From contig CAJINV010000009.1 of the NCBI GenBank assembly GCA_905178155.1, positions 2,891,373 to 2,955,372 of the forward strand: DNA of 64,000 nucleotides, in the 5' to 3' direction. Below the pieces are notes generated by a model, which saw only the letters and a program-made list of their open reading frames with translations, searched no databases and was not told where the DNA came from. A program made the translations under genes and the position numbers. The stretch is from Amoebophrya sp. A120 (Eukaryota > Protista > Dinoflagellata). Of this stretch, positions 35,101 to 47,100 are shown one piece after another (the first letter of the stretch is position 1; each line of letters opens with the position of its first letter).

Positions 35101-38100
35101 ACCTGCAGCTTTATTCGGTGAGAGCATTTGTGCGGCGTTTTGTTTTTTTCTTTTCCTCATAGCATCGTCTTTGTCATCGCCCCTCTCTAGTACTTCTTCA
35201 CGAAGAGGAACTAAATCCTGCCCGCTATCATCCTCCTTCCTGCTGCTACTTTGGCTTTCCCCTTCCGACGGTCTCGTTTTGCGACTTACCCGCTTCATGA
35301 TCTTTTGCTTTCGCTTCTCATTCTTCCTCGCGGTCTTGGTACTCTCGCGACGTTTCTTTTCGGGCTGCCTATCTGGTCCATGGGAAGTAGAAGCTTCAGC
35401 AGACGAGGAAGCTGCGCTGCTGCTGATCGTACTCGCACTATTGCTGCTCACGACCGTGTTTTCAACATCGGCTCCCGACGGTCCACCCACATCGGCTAGC
35501 GAGTACTGTATTCCCTGGGCTTCCAGACTTTCCCGCGTCAGCCTTTTTCGAAAAGCGTCTTCCGTCTCTTCAGGTTTTCGCACCGCATTCCTGTTGCCGA
35601 TTTGCGACACGTCTTGTCCGCCTTTCGCGATCGCCTCTCTCCGCCGGTCTCGCACTTCTTGCTCGGTAAATTTCGTGCTGAGAAACGGTGATTGCTCGGG
35701 AAGTGGATAAAAACCTTCGGCTTCTTCTGCTTGTTCTTCTTTCTCTTTGTTCATTTCGTAGTGGTGCAGCAGGTCTTTGGCCGAAAGCGAAGACAGGTTC
35801 TTTTGCACAGAATTCATCTTTTTGTCATTCTGTTCTTTCCCAAGCACAGCGGACGCACGGGTTTTCCTAGCGGGAACAGCAAGACGAGCGGATGTTGAAA
35901 CTTGCTGTGAAGAGGACGACGCACGTTCTTTGTGTTGTCCAGCGTGCTCCTGCCCTTCACTTCCGGTGCGGTCCAGGGCGGATGTCGTGCTGCTCTCGTC
36001 GGAGGAAAGCCCGGGACGAAAATCTTCTCCAGGGGGCTCACGTTGGCCTGCATCTGCAATAGGCTGCAGGCGTTCCGCTGCACTGGAACGCGGAGCTCGT
36101 CCTTGACCTGCTGCTGCAACTACTACGTCCTCGGAGGTATCTGCCCCTGTGCCTGTTTCAACAAGATTTCCGGTATATTGAAAGGAAAAACTCCCCCTCC
36201 CCATACCAAAACGGGATACTTCTGGAAATTTGTGATGCTGATTTGAGGTCACAAATCGTCTCTGTATTGTAAGAAGGCAAATCCAAAACCCCGCCGCGTT
36301 CTGCAGGCAGATTGTAATGCTGCATGTCCTACGGAGGATATGCCTGCCTTGCTAGGCGCCTACACCAAAACGCCCCTACTCCGGCTTTGTATGTGCCTGC
36401 AGTCTTCTACTGCAAGACAAAGCCGATTTGTGTACACAAATCCCGCATCACAGATTTCAATTTCGATATGGGGAGGGGGGATTTTTCCTTTTGATACGGT
36501 ACGAGATTTCTTTTCCCGTTTCTTCCTTTTCCTTCTCCGTTCGGCTCCACTATCATCGTCCTCTGATCTTCCCTGATCAGGAGCTAGAGCGGCTTGATCA
36601 CCGCCCTTTTCCACAGCTGCGGCGCCGTTCGAAGTTGTACTAGCAGACATCGAGGTCGTACTAGCATCAATCACAGAAGCAGAAGGCACAGAAGGCGACG
36701 AAGCCGTATCTTGTTCACTTACAGAGTCATCGTCGCCCTTCTTCATGCTATGCCCGTGCTTACCGTGTTTCTTCTCCCTCTTGACACGCCGCGCCTGCTG
36801 CTCTCTACTTCTGTCCTCTCGGTACCCGAGGGATTCTAAAAGGATTTTTTCCCTGTCCTTATCCATCTCTTCTTGCGTCTTCCCGATCTGCGAGGGCCTT
36901 TTTTCCCTCTGTGGGAAAAATTTCCCGTCGACCACCCGGCTCTGCCACGCTTCCAGGTCCGGGGGGGCGCCGTCGAGCCCGCCGAGCTCCTTATCGGGCA
37001 GGAAGCCGGTATCCTGAGTAAAAACGTACCCACACCAGAGTCAGGATGGGGATTTTGCAACACAAACCTAGGAGTTTTGTGAGCCACGCATGACAAGTTG
37101 CACTCTGCAGTGTAGTGCAGGTTAGCAAGTGCAGCCGCGTCACAGATTCATCTGCTCATCCTGTTCACAGCATCACAAATTCGAATTCCAAAACACGATT
37201 GGAAAAGGAAATGGCTCTCATGGGGATGCGCATTACAAGTCTTCCTGTCTTTGCAAATCTGCATTACAACTCTGGTGTGGGTACGTTTTTACTCAGGATA
37301 GCCGGCTTGCTGCTGGTAGTCGTCGGCAGGCTTGTGTCCAAGACAAAAACTGTGTTAGTGTACTAACTATCTATGTTTGGCTGACAGCATCACAAATTTG
37401 CTCTACATGACTGAGTAAACCTGTCATGCGTGGCATGTAAGGGAAACACACAGACATGAAATGAGGACTTCGTGTTTGTCTGGCATGACAGATGTAACTC
37501 TGTTGCGTGTTCTGCATTTTTACAGAGTTACACTTACACAGTTTTTTTCTTGCATAGCTTGCTTTCGTCTGGCAACGAGTACTCCACACCCTGCAGCCGC
37601 ATCTGTTCCCGGAGGAAGTCGGATTTATTTGCGTATCGTGTGTAAAAATGTCCCCACCCTGTGGCTGTCATGCAAATCTGCATGCTTAAAATGTCCGTCA
37701 TGCGGATTCCAATGAGACGCTTTTTCTCCTGCTGCTTTGAAATTTGTGAAGCTCGAAGCAGCATGAGAAGCTAGATTTGTGATGCTGCTGCACAAGCTCA
37801 GCGCGATTATTACATTGCACGCCCAAACTTGTCACGCGCGACAGCCAAAGCTTCTTGATTTGTCTTGCAGATCTCCCAGCTTGATGACTATGGGGCGGGG
37901 GCGTTTTTACAAATGATACTGCAACTTTTTTCCCCACTGGCTTCAAACCGGGCTCGTTTTTCGTGATGATCGTCCGCATTTCGTCGTATCAAATGTATAA
38001 AATGTCTGGGTCTGGAAGATTTTGAGACTTGTCATGCACGTTTAGCATGAGCCGTGATGTCTGTGATGCAGGCCCTAGCATGACAGATCTTCTGAGGACT

Positions 38101-41100
38101 TCCTGATGCCTATCCTGCATGAGAAATGCCCTCTCCACGTGGCAAAAACTGGTCTCCTATTGCTTGTCATGCAACACAGATTTTTTTAGAATCCAAAAAC
38201 AGCATCACAAGTTGCAACCTTCCACACCCAGACATTTTTGCAATCCATACGTCGTGGAGAGAAACCACTGCCGGAGACTGGGAAGTAGCGGAGCCACGTT
38301 CTACTTTTGAGCGCTTGTGGTCTCGTGAGGAGGAATGTTTTCTTCTTTTTCCGCTCCTCCTCTTAGACGCCCGTCTGCTGGAAGATGAAGCTCTGGACGA
38401 ACTTCCACTGCGCGCCGACGGGCCTCGAACTTGTTCTCTCGCCTCGTCCCCACTATCAAATGTAAAAGTGTCTGGGTCTGGAAGATTGCCAGGCTTGTAA
38501 TGCATTTTTTGCATGACGCCTGATGCCTGTAATGCATGATCTAGCAACACAGATTTCTAGAGGGCTTCTCAATGCCTATTCCGCATGAGAAATGCCCTCT
38601 CCGCGTAACACAAACTGGAGTCCTGTTGCTGATCATGCAATACAGATTTTTTTGGAATCCAAAGACAGCATTACAAGTTGCAATCTTCCAGACCCAGACA
38701 TTTTTGCAATCCATACCCACGACCTTGCTGCAAGAATCGTTCCGACTTCCGTATGTTGCTGCTCACCCGGTCTTATGCATTGCAAATATGTCTGGGTCTG
38801 GAAGGATGCAACTTCTGATGCTGTCTTCGGATTCTAAACAAATCTGTGTTGCATGACCAGCAAGAGGAGTCGACTTTGTGCTACGCGGTGGAGAGGGCAT
38901 TTGTCATGCAGTGCACGCATCAGAAAGCCCTCAAAAAGCCTGTGATGCTAGGGCATGCATCACAAACATCATGCCTCATGCAAAAGTGCATGACAAGTTC
39001 CAGACCCAGACATATTTGCATTTGATAGGTCTCGCGCTTTCTCCAACTTGTTTCCGACCCGCTCCATGCGCTTTTCGGAGGTGCTCTCCCCCAGCTTCCT
39101 ACTCATTTTTTGCTCCGCCGTTTTGCGCAACGCATCGCTGACCTTGTCCGCCGCCTCCGTTTGCTGCTGCCTGGCGCGGATCGCTTGCGATGCGAATCTG
39201 TCGTCGTTCATGGCTGTCGGCTCGTCGGTTACAGGGATATTTTCACCAGCATCGTCTTCGCCGATAGTACTGGATGATGAGGACGAAGATATCGAAGCTG
39301 TTGCGTTAATATCTCCTTTTCTTCGCTTTGATGCTCTTTTCCTGTTTTCTTTCTGCTTTGCTAAAAATTCCTCGTGTCTGGCATCAAACCCCGTGGCGAA
39401 TTCTTCCAGTATCAAAAGGAAAAATCCCCCCTCCCCATATCAAAACGAAACGTCTGGCCCTGGATTTGAGTACACAAATCAGATTTGTCTTGCTGAAGAG
39501 GACTGCAGACCCATATCCAGCCTGAGTAGAGAGGCTTTGGCCTAGGCGCTCAGCATAAATAACGTCCGCGCTGTAGGCCAAACAGCATGACAAACCGACT
39601 GCATAACGCGGCGGAGCCGGTGGAGTTGCCGTCTTGCAAAACAGACACGATGTGTGGTCACAAATCAGCATCACAAATTTTCGAAAACCTACCTCGTCAA
39701 TATGGGGAGGGGGGATTTTTCCTTGCGATATCCAGCGCTATTTGCTTTTGCCGCTCCCTTTCCTCCCTGTCCCGCTGCTGTTTCTCTTGCAAAGCCTGCA
39801 GAGCCGGGGGCGTTATATGAATTGCATAAGTTGTATCGTGCGTGTAGTATTACACTACAAATTAGCTCAGCATGACAAAAGGACTCGGCCGTGCTGATTT
39901 ACCTTGGAGTGTTGTAATACATGACTTCGATTAGTTTTAGTAGGAGTACGATACTTTTGCACAGGATACGTGCTCGGCGAGAGCAACTGCGCGCTGGACT
40001 CCAGCTGAGTCCGCAGCGACGACAACGCGGAGCCGGGCGAACCAGACTGGAGTTGTGGGCCACTTCTTTGGAAAGGCAGTCCCCTGCTGTCGCTAAAGGT
40101 AGTTCCGGTACTAGACGCTGCAAGGATTTTTTGGCCCCGGGACAACTGGGAAGGTGAAGACGGATGCTGGTTGTGTATCAAATGCAAATATGTCTGGGTC
40201 TGGAAGAATGCGAGATACGTCATGCTCGTCTGGCATGACACTGAGCTCTGTATTGCGTGGCCAGCAAGAGATCCTCTAGTCTGTCACGCAAAATCGCTGT
40301 CTGTCATGCGGAATACGCAACACAGAGCCACGAAAAAGTCTGTCATGCTTGGCAGTGCATTACAGTGCGATTTCTATTCCTTGACATGCATCACAACTTT
40401 TCACCAGACCCAGACATTTTTACAATCCATATTGTAAGCCGCAGTTCGACTTCCTCCGCCCGCATACCGGATCGAAGGTGAGGAGGAAAGGATGCTCCTT
40501 TCTGTATCCTGTGTAAAAACATCCCCACCTCCCCAAAGTTGTAATGCAAATCTGCATGCTGAAAATGTTTCTCATGCGGAGACCCATGAGAGGCGACGTT
40601 TTCCAGTTGCGATTTCTGATTTGTCATGCTCCGATCAGCATGACAGACTGGGTCTGTGATGCTGGAGAACTAGCTAAACACGACTAAACTGCGAGCCCGA
40701 ATTTGTCATGCGCGACAGCCAAAGCTCACGAATTTGTGTAGCAGATTTCCAATGTTGACTATGGTGTGGGGACGTTTTTACTCAGGATATTCTGACGATC
40801 CTGAGAAACTCTGGCTGGCCGAGCGAGAGGCGAGAATCTCTCGCGCACGCTCGACGGTCTTGCTTTCGCGCACACTGCGCAGATACTGCATTTCTTCAAC
40901 ACGACCCGGACTTGGTCCTTTAGACCTCTCCGATAATTTCTTCTGTTTCATGGCCTGCAGCATGGCAAAGTCTTTCTGTCGTTGCGCTTCTTTCCTGGCT
41001 TTCATCTGTTGTAACATGGACAGTTCGTCCCGTCGCTTTTCCTCCTTCTCCTCGGTCTCCTTCCCCCGCATACTTGTTTCCTCGAACCGCATGTAGCCAT

Positions 41101-44100
41101 TCACAGACATGTGCGAGGAGAGGTTCGATTGCGGCGCCGGGAAAGAGCTGGCGTCAACGTCATCCTGCGAGGACCCGTAGCGGCGATTCAGGTACAGCGT
41201 ATCGTAGTTCGCGGCTTGGGAGCTTTCTTGGGACCCAGGTTTGATGGTAAGGTGCGCCGGATCGGGTATCGTCGAGCTCGTGGACGATGATGGTGACTCA
41301 TCTGGGGACTTTTCGTCCTGCTCGTCCTCTAGGTTCATCTTACCGCCTGTGTGGAGCGCTGCTCCTTTTTGGGACAGATGTGCGAGTGCATCCACTTCGG
41401 CAGTTTCTGGCTCTACTGCCATAGCAGCAGCAGCAGCAGCCTGATACTCCTTTTTCACGACCGAATCTGGGATCGCGTCGGCGACGTCTTTTCTTGTCCC
41501 CGTGCGGTAATCCAAAACCCCGTCGCCGTGCAGAGCCACGCCCAGTCTTGTGAAGTAGCTGTGCCGCCCGCCCTGGTTCTCTTCATTTTCTTTTCGCCGT
41601 TCTACTTGACCACTTCGTTCAGAAGCAGTACTCCTGCCTTGCTGTTTCTGACCTTTATGTCCCTTCACTGTATTCTTGTCCTCTTGTTGTGTTGGCGTCA
41701 GTGCTGTCAACAGCCCAGAGGACGTTAGTGTTTCCTTAGACAGAACAGTCGGCGGGTCATATTCATCGTTTTTGGTGTCCTTCTTGTACCGGTCTACCAA
41801 CACTGTCGGCGGAGATGTCAGCAGATGCTCTTGAAGACTTCCTGGCTCCAAAATCCGCCGTCTTTCATCTTCGTCAGAGGCGGTCGCCATGTGGTCTGCT
41901 TATCAAATGCAAAAGTGTCTGGGTCTGGAAGATTGTAACTTGTCATGCTAAATCTGAAGCATGCAAAAATCTGTGCTGCATGATTACCAAAAGTCGTCCA
42001 GTTTTGACCAAGTGGTCGGGAGGGAGTTTCTCATGCAGGGTAGGCATGAGAGAGATTGCACAGAATCTGTCATGCTAGGTCCTGCATTCCAAGCTTCATG
42101 GGTCATGGCAAAGCTGCATGACAAATCGCGCATTCTTCCAGACCAAGACATTTTTGCATTTGATACTGCTCTCGGATTCGCGAAAGAGGCCGTAGAACTC
42201 CTTTGACTTGACGTCCCCGCCGCGGGTAACGGAGCAGCGGCCTGACTTTGCCGTGGACTGCGGCTGTGTCGCGGATTTCGCTTCGGGACGCGAATGCCGT
42301 GTTGACCTCCACTGGTCATTTTGTCTTTCTTGTCACCACGACGACTGGACGAGGTGGCACCAGAAGACGACAGAGATTTGGAGCTAGAGTCACTACGTTA
42401 TCGTAAGGAAAAATCCCCCCTCCCCATATCAAAACGGAACGTCTGATGCTGGATTTGTGTACACAAATCAGCTGTGTATTGCAGGAAGGCACTGAGGCCA
42501 GATCCCCGGGCTAGGTAGGGGCGTATGGGTCTAGTTGTTCAGCATGACAAACGGCACACCTTTGGGCCCAACAGCATAACAAATCGACTCCATAATAAGT
42601 AGGGCGGAACCTTCTGCCCTTGTCTTCTTGCAAGACAAATGCGATTTGTGCCCTCAAATCAGCAACACAAATTTTCGGAAACAAACCGTTTTTCCTTTCC
42701 AGATATGGGGAGGGGGGATTTTTCCTTTCGATATACGTCCTTCACGTCCCGAGCGGATAAAGATCTCCTCCATTCTTTCCTAAGGAAAAACGTTCCCATC
42801 CCAGAGTCAAGATGGGGATCTCGCAACACAAATCCAGAAGTTTTGGATGTATCGCATGACAAGTTGCCGTCCGTAGTGTAGTGCAGGTTAGCAAAGGCAT
42901 CTGCATTACAGACCCAGCTGCTTATCCCGTTTACACCATTACAAATTTTCAAACACGCCTGCAAATGCCTTTCATGGGGATGCGCATCACAAATTGTCTT
43001 GTCATTGCAAACCTGCATGACAACTGTATGGGGGGAGGACGTTTATTTACTCAGGATACATTCTTTCCCGTCTCGCCTGGTCTCTTACCGTCGACTGCGG
43101 ATGGTTCAGACCGACGACTTCCGTTGTCATATTGCCGTCCCGCTGCGTGCTCTTCTATCGCAAGAAAAAACTGTTTCACTGTGAACTTGTCATGCAGTGA
43201 ACGAAACACCAACGTGTTTGTCTTGCTACACCTGCAACCCAATGGATTTTTAAGCGTGTTTTCCCTTCTTGGGAAACGCACATGGCAAATTTTCTGTGTC
43301 ATGTGTAGCAAACTTGTGATGCAGATCTTGCAAAACCATCACAGTGAAACACTTTTTTCCTGTGATATCTTCCTCGCTTTCGTTAAAGCCAAGTTGGACG
43401 TCCTTCTCGCCACTTCGAAATTAGTACGGTTGGAAGGTGTATCAAATGCAAACTGGTCCGGTGTTCCGGAAACTTGTGAGGCTGCATGGCCCATAGACGA
43501 GCCGTGGTGCACGTTTAAGTTCAGTAAAAGCATGGCAAATTGAAATTTTTCATATAAAGGCTCTGTTCTCATAAATCGCGATCGCACGCATTCGCATTCA
43601 ACTCAAAAAATAAACCGCGTACTTGCATGACGAAAGTGTGAAGGCGCTGTTCTTGCTTTTATGCATACAGAAATCCAATTTTTCAACAGAAATGCGCGAC
43701 ACGCAATAGAGATTCAAGAACCTTTCCAAACCCAAAGACAGATGTGCGATGCATAAGTTCCCGGCCGCGTGTTTTTGTTCTTCACCAAATCCAGGAGCTC
43801 GTCGGGCAGCATATGACTTGCTCAAACGTTACAATCTCAAACGTTACAATAGAATGTGGAATTTGTGTTATATGATGAGCATGACAGACTCGCACAGCTT
43901 TCCACCTTTTGCAATACAAATTTAGCCAGATTGTAGTGAGGTTTGGGGATCCGGAACTTGTCATGCGCAATCCTGTGGGAGTAGGCTAGGTCATGCACTC
44001 TTGCATCACAGATTGCCATATTCTATTGTAACGTTTGAGATTGTAACACCTGAGCGGGTTATACAGCATCCTCCGCGTGTCTTCCTTTTTCGAGTCGATA

Positions 44101-47100
44101 AACTCATCCAGATCTTTTCTGTGCCGGCGGGAAGGCTGATCCGAAGGGAACGAGCGGTCTTTCTCTTTCGCTTTTTCCTTCATATCCGCAACATTTTCAC
44201 CCCAGCTTACCTCGTCCGTACCGGCTTCCACGCCTTGTTGATGATGCTCTTGATTCCCGCTGCCCTCGGCACGGAGCCGCCTTGAAGTAGATGCTGACGC
44301 GGAGGCAGAGGTGGGTCCATTTCCTTCCTGTTCTTGCGCGGAGCCGCTCGCGCTGGAAGATGGAGCAGCACTAGAAGAAGCAGAACCCCATTAATTCAGT
44401 AGAAATCAATATGTCCTCTGGTCGTGTTTTGGAAGAATGCAAGATTTGTGTTTCTTGTCAGTGTGCTTTATTCCTTCGGGTTCATACAACTCAATTTTTT
44501 CGTCCCCTAGAGGACTTCGCATGTCGACAAGCTACATTCTATTTCCAGTCTCGCCAGATAATATATTTGCAATGCGTAACCACCTCCTCCCGCGAGCAAT
44601 TTGGTCGCGGCTGCCACAACGGCTTTCGGAGTTTGTCCTGTATCGTCCAAACTGTAGACCCGCGGAGAAGCTGTCGTCAAAGTTACCGGGACGATCTCCC
44701 CCCCGACCCGTGCGATGTCGATTCCCAGCTTCTTCTATGCATTGCAAAAGTATCGCACTCGTATAAGTATAAATGCATTTACAAATTCCCTCAGCATGAG
44801 AAATAGAATTTGTAATGCGGATATAGCTGCAGAAAAAAAATTGTAATGCATGACTGCAATTACTACGGGTACGATACTTTTGCACAGGATAGCTTCATAC
44901 CCGTGACCATTTTCGCCTCTTTCTCGGCTTGTTTATCGCAAGAAAAAACTGTTTCACTGTGAACTTGTGATGCATAGAATGGAGCACAGAACTATTTGTC
45001 TTGCTACACCTGCAAGACCTTGACTCTTGAAAGGCGTTTTCCCTTTGGAAGCGCGCATGCCAAATTTTCTGCGTCATGTGTAAGAAACTTGTGATGCAGA
45101 ACTTGCAAAATCATCAGTGAAACAGTTTTTTCGTGGGATATTGTTTCAGCTTCGCCGAATCCGAGTGCAAAAAACCCCGCCTGCCCCTGGCTGGAAACTA
45201 TTTGGGCAGCTCCCGAACCTGTCATGCGAATACTTGATTAATACAGGCAAGATTTTGTTTTTAATACTTTGGCACTTTGCATGGCAAATGAGGGGAAGGG
45301 CAAGAAGTTGTGCACCACCATACGCCTCCAAGTCATGATACTGAGCGGAACGCGGCGACACCGGCTCCGCCGGCGCCTTTTGAATGTACGGACTGTTCAG
45401 ATACTTACTGGTGGAGTCGCTGGCTGGCTTTTCATACATCCCTATCCACCGAAAAAAATGTTACAGATTTCTTGTTGTAAAAACTTTCTTTCTCTGCCTT
45501 CCAATGAAGGAAAACACATGTGAGTAGAGTGGGTTCTTGTGCATATCCGGTATGACGAAGCGTGTTCTTTGTCTTGCTTGGTATAATGCAACACAATGTA
45601 ACTGTCACGCTTTTTTCTTTGCATACACCCGTGCTTGTCCGTTCGATTTTTGAACTTCTCCGGCAAACCAGAGCCATCCCGCTCCCGGATCTGCTCGATG
45701 GTGAGTTTGGGTTTTTTCTTTCTCAAAAATTCCTTTTCCTGTCGGGCCAGCATCTTGTCCAAATCGACATCCGAAGATGAGGACGAGGTAGAAGCAGACG
45801 AAGAAGTTGGCCCAGCACCACGCGAAGCAGACGCGGTAGCAGCCGAGGGTCGTCGCGCTTTCGGCTTGGCCTTGGGGCGGCGGTTGGGTATGAGGCCGGT
45901 GTCCCATTTCGCGGCGACGACGTGATCCACAGCCGCGCGGCCCGCGCCGTCGTAGTACAGGAAGGGCTGGTCGTGGTCTACAGCCTCGCAATGATCTACT
46001 TCTCCCGCCTGGGGAACAGCTGCGACAACGGTGGCTTTTGTGTCGTGGCCGTGGTCCGCACCAACCGAAACATCTTTTTTTCCAACACAAGACGTTGATG
46101 CAATTTTTTCACCGCCAGCAGCTCCTGCGTCCACCTTGTTGTCCATGAAGCTGGCAGTCGTGTTGTCTGCGTTCTTCTTTCCCGTCTCAACATCTGCTCG
46201 GGTCTGCTCCTGCTTCGCCTTGTCTTTCCGATTTCGGGAGAGCGCAAGACGGATGCTGCTATTCGTAGAGGCAGAACAGGAGTGGCTATTCGACTGGCTG
46301 TATGCGTTGCAAAAGCTGCGTCGCGCTTTAGTTAGAAAAAGTGAACGTCGCATGACAATTTTTTTCGAAAGAAGAAAAGCAATTTCTCATGGCACATGTG
46401 CAGGTAAATAAGTTGTAGTATAGCTGTCATATGCAAAGCTAGCACTTCCAGACTTACACCAGTAAAACAATACTTTTGCAAAGGATAGGCCGCCTGTCGC
46501 CGTCCTTTGACGTCCGCGAGGACCATCTCCATTAGCAGCGTCTACAAGGTGTTGTCCCCTGGTGCCAGACGTTGAACAACCAGAATCGTTTTTCTGCAAG
46601 TTTTTACAACTCGACACACTCCGTCGCGCTTCAGATCGGTCGCGCTTCAGAGTGAAGACATAAGGTCTGCGGTGTAATTTCGACTGGGGCGATTCGTATT
46701 TTGGAACAGCGAAAGGATCACTGCTGTCGTTTTCCGCTTTCTTTTCCATCTCCTCCTGTTGCCGCACCCACTCAGCGAAGGAAGAGACCTGGAATTTTTC
46801 TTCCCCGCCGGGCGGGGGCGCGGTGTCATGGCTAGCAGCGGGTCGTGGAATGATTTCTTGGTTCTTTTCCATGGTCGTGCAGGAGGTCGCAGCTGAGCCG
46901 GTCGCGGAAGCAGAGCAACTGCTTTCTCCCGCCTGTTCCGCGTCTGCTGCGCGGAAGAGGATTAAGCAAAAAAGTCAGTGCTGACGTCAACGGCTTTGGC
47001 TTTCTCGATCACAGCTTGGCGACGTCACGACGCATGACAAACTTTGGCGAGCTTGCATGCTACGCAGCACGACACCATGTTTCATCACTTACACTTTCAG

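Noticed and set aside
35084-35710. Plus-strand ORFs (also 28983-29726, 39048-39545, 62693-63283)
   Set aside because: They are antisense shadows of low-complexity minus-strand exons.
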